NCBI GenBank assembly: GCA_044344255.1
Contig: JBIJDH010000023.1
Span: 64,001-128,000, forward strand
Direction of reading: 5' to 3'
Source: Myxococcota bacterium
GTDB taxonomy: Bacteria; Myxococcota_A; UBA796; UBA2385
Length of the DNA stretch: 64,000 nucleotides
Part shown: piece by piece, positions 57,691-64,000 of the stretch
Position numbering within the stretch: the stretch's first letter is position 1
How the letters are laid out: the number at the start of each line of letters is the position of its first letter
The notes under the pieces: generated by a model
The model's input: only the letters and a program-made list of their open reading frames with translations
The model's database searches: none
What the model was told of the DNA's origin: nothing
Position numbers and translations under genes: made by a program

Positions 57691-58881
57691 TCATCCAGAC
57701 TCTCCCAGCCGGGCCAGCAGCTCCGCGATGCGGCGCTCGGCCTCCTCTGCGCGGACCTCCGCGGCCCGGCGAGCGAGGGCTTCTTCCTGCAGGCGCGCGT
57801 CCAGGCCCTCCAACGCCTTCACAGTCTCCTCCTCGACCCGGGCAGCCTCCGACTCGGCGCGCTGACTGAGCTCATCCACGATGGCGTTCAGCCGCTCAAT
57901 GATCTCGACGGAGGTCGGGATTGGAGTCCCGCCATAGAAGAAGCAAAGGCTGCCCTCCACTACCGAAAGCTCGAGTCCGAGCACGGTCGACCGAAAGGCG
58001 CCTCCAAGAGGGCGAATGGGCTCATAGGTGGAGGTGGTGGCCGATTGAAGCCGCCAGCCATGGAGGCGCTGTTTCAATCGGTCATAGACAAAGTACTCGG
58101 AGATTCCGTGGCCGGCGTAGGTGGCGAGGTTGTCGAAGAGGTCCTTTTGCCGATTGCCCGCGTAGAGCACCTCCAGCACAAAATCGAGACCCCTTCCCTC
58201 ATCGGCCACGACCCAGGCCATTCGGGTGTCGGCGATGCCTGGATCGTCGACGCCCTGCACCAGCAACAGATCGGGGGCGAAGACCGAGGCGCCGGGGTAA
58301 TGGACCGCAAGCCCGGGCTTGATATAGATCTGCCTGCCGATACGTTTGAAGTGGTCTCTCAGGACCTGAAAGGCCGCGAACTTGCTCTCGATATGGGGGC
58401 TGCCCTCCGAGAGGCGCATCGTCTCCGCCTCCAAGGCCATATTGGCCTCATCGAGGAAGGCTTCCCGGGCCCGGGGGCTCATGGCCTGCCACTCTTCGGC
58501 TGTGGGGGCGATGGGCAGGGAGTCGGGGCCGAGGCGGTGTGCTGCGCGGGTCATGAGGAGCCCTATCACGCCGCTCGCTGCAGGCGGATGTGCCGTGCTA
58601 TCGGCCTCCTCCGGGACGGGCGGGGGAGACCCCGACGGGACGTCTGTCTCCCCCGAGACGGGCGGGGGAGGCCACGACGCGGCATCTGCCTCCCCTTCGA
58701 CGGGCGGGGGAGGCCCCGACGGGGCGTCTGCCTCTTCCTGGACGGGCGGAGGAGGCTCCGACGGGGCGTCTGCTTCTCCCTGGACGGGCGGGGGAGGGCC
58801 CGACGCGGCATCGGCCTCCCCCGGGACGGGCGGGGACGAACCCGACGGGGCATCGGCCTCCTCCGGGACGGGCGGGGCCAT
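57691..58881 (-). CDS. Uma2 (DUF820) family endonuclease with C-terminal coiled coil and possible Pro-rich N-terminal repeats
   Basis: EGSPH, FAPDLLLV, DFVLEVL, YAGHGISEYFVYD, STVLGLEL, RAEEAERRIAELLARL. Start at 58881 or 58554. Confidence 0.85.
   Translation of the reverse strand: MAPPVPEEADAPSGSSPPVPGEADAASGPPPPVQGEADAPSEPPPPVQEEADAPSGPPPPVEGEADAASWPPPPVSGETDVPSGSPPPVPEEADSTAHPPAASGVIGLLMTRAAHRLGPDSLPIAPTAEEWQAMSPRAREAFLDEANMALEAETMRLSEGSPHIESKFAAFQVLRDHFKRIGRQIYIKPGLAVHYPGASVFAPDLLLVQGVDDPGIADTRMAWVVADEGRGLDFVLEVLYAGNRQKDLFDNLATYAGHGISEYFVYDRLKQRLHGWRLQSATTSTYEPIRPLGGAFRSTVLGLELSVVEGSLCFFYGGTPIPTSVEIIERLNAIVDELSQRAESEAARVEEETVKALEGLDARLQEEALARRAAEVRAEEAERRIAELLARLGESG
58590..58881. repeat. 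Degenerate 42-bp tandem repeat x7 (PPPPVxGEADAPSG)
   Basis: GACGGGCGGGGGAG core recurring every 42 bp. Confidence 0.85.
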
Positions 58882-58936
58882 CTTCCCCGGCCACACCGCG
58901 CGGGTGAGCCCTGTCGACCGCCGGGCCGCGTCCGAA

Positions 58937-60910
58937 TCAGGGGGCGCCGGCGGGGAGCTCCTCGGCCGCGGCGAGGCGGGCCCGCCCGGGGGCCGCGGCG
59001 GTGGGCGGCGCCTGGATGAGCAGCCAGACGCGGGACTGACCTGCATCGACGAGCGCGCTGCCGGACACCTGGAGCGCGGCGGACACCGCCTCCCCGCCGG
59101 GGGGCGCCACCGTGAGGCTGACCTCGACGGGCGGGGAGAGGGAGAAGAGCGCGGCCTCGGCGAGCGGGGCGGGGAGGCGGAGGCTGATGAAGTCGCCGGC
59201 CCCGGGCGCCTGGCGGAGCTTCGCGGAGGTCGGCAGGGCTCCCCACCTCGGAGCGGCGACACCAAGGTGATAGACCGCCTCTCCGGACTGGGACCACGCG
59301 GGCGGCCCGAGGCGCGTGGAGAGGGCCTCGGACAGGCCAGGGGCGCTCGGGTGCACCCACAGCCAGGACAGCCCCATCGCCTCGCTGTACCGGAGCGCCT
59401 TCCCGAGGGGGTCGGTGAGCCAGGCGGTGCGGAGCTGGAAGTAGGCGGTCGGGAAATATCCTGAATATCCATTCGCCACCGGGTGCCCGTGCTGGAGCGC
59501 GCGCCGGAGGGCCGCCACCTCTCCTTCGTAGTCGATCGGCGCGTCGCCGGTGCTCATCGGGAGCTCGGCGCCGGCCGCGCCTGCAGGCAGCGAGCGGAGG
59601 TGCACCATCGCCGCCTCGGTGGCGGGCGTCTCCGGGGCGGGCACCGCGACCCGCGCGGGCAGGCTCCACATCTCGGCCAGCACCAGCGCGCCCACGAGCG
59701 GGAGCCAGGGCCCGCGCGGCCAGCGCTCTCTCAGCCGCGAGAGGCCGACGGCGCCGAAGAGGGCGACGCCGAGGGCGGGGAAGGGGGCGACGTGGGCCGG
59801 CGAGCGCAGCCCGTCGAGCCCGGGGACGGTGGCGTGCAGCCAGGCATAGGGCGAGAGGGTGAGGCCGCCGAGCTCGAGAGAGGCGGCGGGTCCGAAGCCG
59901 ACGAGGAGGCCCGTGAGGCTGAGCAGGGTGAAGGCGAGCCCCGCGCGTCCCGGCCGCCGCCGCCGCGCCAGCTGCCCGAGGAGGCCCACCAGCAGGAAGA
60001 CCACGCCCATGTCCCAGGAGTACCAACCCTGGGCGTAGGAGCGCCCGAGAAGCCCGGAGCCCAGCCAGTGCCCGTCGGCCGGCGTGATGAGCTCGATGAG
60101 GTGAAAGACCCCCACCACTTCGGTGAGCTCGCGGTGGTGACCCATCTGCCGCAGGCGCTCGAGCTGCGGGAGGAGGGTGAGCGCGAAGATCGCGGCCCCG
60201 CCGAGCAAGGCGGCGAGGGCGTGCGGCGCGAGGCGCCGGGCGGCGGCGAGGGCCCCGGGGTTTGGGTGTCGGAGGGGGGCGAGCGGCAGGAGGAAGGCGG
60301 GGAGGAGCAGCAGCAGGAAGACGAGGTTCTGTGACCCGGAGAGCCCGGTGAGCAGCAGCCCCGTCGCGGCCAGCCAGAGGTGCCGGGGCGCGGGCTCCTG
60401 GGACAGGCGGAGGGCGCCGAGCAAGCAGAGGTAGGGGAAGCCCTGGGCGACGAGGTGGGGGGCGCCGAGCTGCTGGCTCACCAGGGGCCCTGCGGCCAGC
60501 CAGACCCCGACGAGCCGGGCGAGGGGGCGGTCGAGGCCGAGGGCCTGAGCCAGGGCGGCGCCCGACCCGCCGAGCACGAGCAGATAGCCGAGCAGCAGGA
60601 GGTTGTAGGCGGGGACAGGGTCCAGCAGCGGCGCGGTGAGCCGCGACCAGGCCGCCATCAGCGGCTGGGGCTCCGACCAGGCGTTCACCCCGAGGAAGGG
60701 GGAGAAGAAGGGAGGGTCCCAGCCGCTCACCCCGCGCTCGGCCGAGACCCGCGCCCACTCGAGCAGCCCGAGGTGGAAGTGGGTGAGCGTGGCGGGCTCG
60801 GAGCCCGCGGGGGTGCCGTCGAGGAGGTGGGGCGCCCAGGGCCAGGTGAAGAGGAGGATGGCCCCCAGGATCAGGGCGAGGGTGCCGAGGGCGGAGGGCA
60901 GGCGGCGCAT
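58937..60910 (-). CDS. Polytopic membrane protein, YfhO/GT-C-like
   Basis: Many TM segments; AWSEP, LSPYAWLH..VPGLDGLRSP, ELPM, HGHPVANGYSGYFP. Confidence 0.7.
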   Translation of the reverse strand: MRRLPSALGTLALILGAILLFTWPWAPHLLDGTPAGSEPATLTHFHLGLLEWARVSAERGVSGWDPPFFSPFLGVNAWSEPQPLMAAWSRLTAPLLDPVPAYNLLLLGYLLVLGGSGAALAQALGLDRPLARLVGVWLAAGPLVSQQLGAPHLVAQGFPYLCLLGALRLSQEPAPRHLWLAATGLLLTGLSGSQNLVFLLLLLPAFLLPLAPLRHPNPGALAAARRLAPHALAALLGGAAIFALTLLPQLERLRQMGHHRELTEVVGVFHLIELITPADGHWLGSGLLGRSYAQGWYSWDMGVVFLLVGLLGQLARRRRPGRAGLAFTLLSLTGLLVGFGPAASLELGGLTLSPYAWLHATVPGLDGLRSPAHVAPFPALGVALFGAVGLSRLRERWPRGPWLPLVGALVLAEMWSLPARVAVPAPETPATEAAMVHLRSLPAGAAGAELPMSTGDAPIDYEGEVAALRRALQHGHPVANGYSGYFPTAYFQLRTAWLTDPLGKALRYSEAMGLSWLWVHPSAPGLSEALSTRLGPPAWSQSGEAVYHLGVAAPRWGALPTSAKLRQAPGAGDFISLRLPAPLAEAALFSLSPPVEVSLTVAPPGGEAVSAALQVSGSALVDAGQSRVWLLIQAPPTAAAPGRARLAAAEELPAGAP

Positions 60911-61021
60911 CGACCGCCCCCTATCCCCGGCCCGGAGGCGCCGGCCCGCAGGTTAGCTTGGCGCGATCGCCCGCTCCTGGAGGGCTCGGCCTCGAGCGGG
61001 GACAAGGCCTGGAACGAGCTG

Positions 61022-61399
61022 CACTACGTGCTGCGCCGGACCAAGGCCGCGGTGCTCGACGACCTCCCGCCCCGCACGGAGGTGCAGCTCGACGTCGAGC
61101 TCTCTCCCGCCGAGCGCTCCCTCTACGAGGCCCTGCGCCAGCGCGCCCTCGAAGACCTCTCCGGCGTCGGACAGAAGGCGACGCCGCTCCAGGTGCTGGC
61201 CTGGCTCACTCGCCTCCGGCTGGCCTGCTGCCACCCCCGCCTCGCCGTGGCGGAGGCGGCCAACCTCGAGGGCAGCAAGCTCCACGCCTTCCAGCGCCTC
61301 AAAGACAAGCGGGACCTCGCCGATCAGCTCCTCGACGGCACGGGTGGCAGCGCCGCCCTCTCGACGAGCGAGCTCATCGAGGTGCTGCGGGGCGGGTGA
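61022..61399 (+). pseudogene. SNF2/SWI2 helicase remnant with internal deletion
   Basis: VLRRTKAAVLDDLPPRTE...LTRLRLACCHPRL...SKL joined directly to KRDLADQLL tail; no ATPase domain and no helicase-C motifs. Confidence 0.75.
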
Positions 61400-61931
61400 G
61401 CGGGCTCGGCGACAGGCCCGCGGGCCCCTCCTCGTCGCGCTTCAGCTCGTCGAGCTCCAGCCACAGCTCCGCGTAGAGCTGCTGGCGGAGGCGCTCGGAC
61501 TGCTCCCGATCGACACCGATCGAAGAGAGGAGCGCTTCGTCGGGCCCGAGCAAGTGGACAGGGCAGACGCCGGCGGCCCCTTGGAGGCCGGCTTCGGTGT
61601 ACTGGAGGGGGTACAGGCGGCAGATGAGCGGCCGGACCTCGGCGGGTGCCGTGCAGCCCTGGGGGCCGAGGAGGACGCAGTCCCCGTCTGCGCCTTGGGC
61701 CAGGAGGCGGCGGCTCCCGTCGGGGCGGAAGACGAGGTAGGCCCAGGTCGGGTCGCCCTCGACGTCGATGTACTCGGGGGTGGCCACCTTCCAGCGCAGC
61801 AGGTCGTCGCGGCCGGACCAGGCGATCAGCCGGTCACGGTCGGCCGGGCTTAGGTAGACCTCGGTGTCCTGGCAGCAGGTGCGCTGGTGGCGGGCGCAGC
61901 GGGCGCAGAGCGGCTCGGTGGACAGGGGCAT
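61374..61931 (-). CDS. YkgJ-family cysteine-cluster (CxxCxxCC) protein
   Basis: CARCARHQRTCC, GDCVLLGPQGC, RPLICRLYP. Confidence 0.85.
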   Translation of the reverse strand: MPLSTEPLCARCARHQRTCCQDTEVYLSPADRDRLIAWSGRDDLLRWKVATPEYIDVEGDPTWAYLVFRPDGSRRLLAQGADGDCVLLGPQGCTAPAEVRPLICRLYPLQYTEAGLQGAAGVCPVHLLGPDEALLSSIGVDREQSERLRQQLYAELWLELDELKRDEEGPAGLSPSPLTRPAAPR

Positions 61932-62060
61932 GGGGTTGTCTCTCCCGGTCCCTCTTACTCGCCCCGGGCCGCGCAGGCCCCGACCCCGCGGCGAGGGCCT
62001 CGCGACGGGGTGGGATCGGCACCTTGACGGTCTCGGGATCGCCAGATAGTTCACTCATGA

Positions 62061-62516
62061 ATGAACCATCTCTGGAGCGCCCCCGTGAACCCGACCCCGA
62101 CTGGCTGGCCCCGTGTCTCCTCTTCGGCCTTCTATGATGACGCTGCGGCGGCCATTGACTTCGTGGAGCGCGCGTTTGGCTTCTCCACCCGCCTCCGGGT
62201 GGAGGGCCCCGACGGCAGCATCGAGCACTCCGAGCTCACCTACGGTGAGGCGGTGGTGATGATCGGCAGCGCGGGGCGCCTGCCCTGGGCGGTCTCGCCG
62301 CGGTCCTGTGGGGGGCAGAACACCCAGGCTCTCTTTCTTTACGTTGATGATGTAGACGCCCACTGCGCCCGCGCCCGCGCAGCCGGCGCCCGCATCGACA
62401 GCGAGCCCGAGGACAAGGACTACGGCGAGGACTACTGGGCCGATCGCGGCTACCTCTGCACAGATTCCGAGGGGCACCGCTGGTGGTTCGCCCAGCGCCT
62501 CCGGAGCGCCGATTGA
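62061..62516 (+). CDS. VOC/glyoxalase family protein
   Basis: YDDAAAAIDFVERAFG, IEHSEL, YVDDVDAHCARARAAGA, DSEGHRWWF; start may be GTG 62085. Confidence 0.88.
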   Translation: MNHLWSAPVNPTPTGWPRVSSSAFYDDAAAAIDFVERAFGFSTRLRVEGPDGSIEHSELTYGEAVVMIGSAGRLPWAVSPRSCGGQNTQALFLYVDDVDAHCARARAAGARIDSEPEDKDYGEDYWADRGYLCTDSEGHRWWFAQRLRSAD

Positions 62517-62833
62517 GCGTCGAGGCCACCCTCAGCGCGCTCGCCGAGCCCACGCGCTTCGGCGTGGTGTCGCTCCTGCGGGAGGGCCCGCGCCGCGCCG
62601 GTGAGCTCGCCCTGGCCCTCGACTGCGCGCCGCCGGCGATGACCCGCCACCTCCGCGCGCTCCGGGAGGCCGGGCTGGTCCGCGAGGAGCCCCTGCCGGG
62701 CGACCGTCGGGTGCACGTCTACGCGCTTCAGCCGGCCCCCTTCGTCGAGCTGTCCACCTGGGCCGACGAGGCCGCCGCCCTCTGGACAGACCAGCTCGAG
62801 GGCTTCGCCGCCCATGTGCGAGGTCGATCATGA
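62513..62833 (+). CDS. ArsR/SmtB-family regulator
   Basis: ALAEPTRF.VV.LLREGPRRAGELA...TRHLRALREAGLV; TTGA overlap with the VOC gene. Confidence 0.88.
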   Translation: MSVEATLSALAEPTRFGVVSLLREGPRRAGELALALDCAPPAMTRHLRALREAGLVREEPLPGDRRVHVYALQPAPFVELSTWADEAAALWTDQLEGFAAHVRGRS

Positions 62834-63318
62834 GCCACGACGTGCGGGTGATCACTACCGTGGCGGCCGATCCCGCCCTCGCCTTCCGCATCTTTACCGA
62901 GGAGACCGACCTCTGGTGGCGGCGGGGCCCGCGCTGGCGCTTCACCCGCTCCCCGCGGAGCGTGCTGCGCTTCGAGCCCGGCGTGGGCGGCCGCCTCGTC
63001 GAGATCGACCCCGACGAGGAGGGCGCGGGCTGGATCGTCGGCGCGGTCGAGGTCTGGGATCCGGGCGCGCGGCTCCGCTTCTCCTGGCGCCTGCCCAATT
63101 TCGCCCCCGAGGAGTCCACCGCGGTGGAGGTGCGCTTTGAGGCGGTGGGCGAGCAGACCCGCGTCACCCTCGAGCACTTCGGCCTGCGCGCGCTGCCGCC
63201 CGGGCACCCGGCCCGCCACGGCGAGGCGGAGCGCGACTACCTCGGGCGGGTCGGCCGCTGGTGGGGCGCGCTGCTGCTCTCCGCCGGACAGGTCGCCCTT
63301 CAGCGCTCCGGTCGCTGA
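62830..63318 (+). CDS. SRPBCC/AHSA1-domain protein
   Basis: AFRIFTEE..LWW, FEPGVGGRLVE, WDPGARLRFSW, TRVTLEH; ATGA overlap. Confidence 0.88.
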   Translation: MSHDVRVITTVAADPALAFRIFTEETDLWWRRGPRWRFTRSPRSVLRFEPGVGGRLVEIDPDEEGAGWIVGAVEVWDPGARLRFSWRLPNFAPEESTAVEVRFEAVGEQTRVTLEHFGLRALPPGHPARHGEAERDYLGRVGRWWGALLLSAGQVALQRSGR

Positions 63319-63342
63319 GGGTGCGCTAAGCTGGCCCTCACC

Positions 63343-64000
63343 ATGACAGACCACCGCCACTCGGCCCGGCTGACCCGCGCGCATCGATCAGCTCGCCACT
63401 GCGTCGGCCTCTCGCGACCGTGGGTGTGGATCCTCGCCCTGGCGGGCTGCTCCGCGACGACTGGATGGGAGGCGGGGCGCGAGCCCGGGGTCGAGCCTGG
63501 GCCGCAGGGCGCGGTGGACGGGGCGGATGACGGGGGAGGCTCGGGTGGCGCGCGCGACTCCGCGGGCGGAGACAGCGCTGCCGCGGCCCCCTGTACGACG
63601 ACGCTGCAGTACGGCGACGCCTGGATTCATGACGGCACCGCCCACCCGAGCGACACCGACGTCGCGGAGGGTCTGGTCACCTGGGACGGGGTCTGCACCC
63701 CGGACGCCGACGGGAACTCCTCCGCCTCCCTGTCGAACGGGTGGGTCCCCTACTTCTCGGGCCCGTCGGCCTGCGTGATCGGCCTCGACTCACCTTCCTC
63801 CTGTGGGGAGGTCGTCAGCGCCTGTCAGACCCTGGTCTCCTACGGCGCGAGCTGGGCGGCGCCCGCCGATCACCCTGCCCGCTGGGACCTCGTGGACGGG
63901 CGGGTGTTCCCGATCTCGGACTGTTTGTCTGACGGCTCGCTCTCCCACCAGACCCTGTCGAATGGCTGGGAACCTCACTTCTCCGGGGAGTGCGCGCTCT
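63343..64000 (+). CDS. Lipoprotein, 3'-truncated by window end, with a duplicated Cys/Trp module (YGxxW...HP...LSNGWxPxFSG)
   Basis: Open frame from ATG 63343 to the end of the window; LALAGC lipobox; two internal repeats; absent from the ORF track because it has no stop. Confidence 0.75.
   Translation, partial: MTDHRHSARLTRAHRSARHCVGLSRPWVWILALAGCSATTGWEAGREPGVEPGPQGAVDGADDGGGSGGARDSAGGDSAAAAPCTTTLQYGDAWIHDGTAHPSDTDVAEGLVTWDGVCTPDADGNSSASLSNGWVPYFSGPSACVIGLDSPSSCGEVVSACQTLVSYGASWAAPADHPARWDLVDGRVFPISDCLSDGSLSHQTLSNGWEPHFSGECAL

Noticed and set aside
58590..58881. Regular 42-bp periodicity as a CRISPR array
   Set aside because: Units are contiguous and degenerate with no unique spacers, they keep a reading frame, and no cas genes are present.

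Overview
A 64 kb window from a very GC-rich bacterium. The gene content (MopE-type Asp/Cys repeats, MYXO-CTERM-like tails, an AgmX/PglI domain, eukaryote-like kinases, many lipoproteins) suggests Myxococcota; this is an inference. About 52 real CDSs can be separated from the many GC-shadow ORFs. The first 25 kb is mostly surface and secreted proteins, including three paralogues of an unnamed PEGA-like family. The best novel-system candidate is a compositionally foreign two-gene operon at 35.4-37.9 kb: a soluble histidine kinase with a putative winged-helix N-terminus, followed by a receiver domain fused to an Mrr-type PD-(D/E)xK nuclease, which may be a phosphorylation-gated defence nuclease. 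Other highlights: a UGA-recoded UxxC peroxiredoxin-like selenoprotein with a SECIS-like hairpin that the ORF track truncates; a 45-aa PFFAR-containing peptide behind a consensus sigma54 promoter; and an rtcB-prfH operon divergent from a CARF-like sigma54 activator, probably with a near-leaderless transcript. Also present are an orphan PrnC-like halogenase, a BlaI/M56 module with visible operators, an internally deleted SNF2 remnant and many short tandem duplications at gene ends. I recognised no rRNA, tRNA, CRISPR array or transposase. All calls come from motif reading by eye; no database searches were run.
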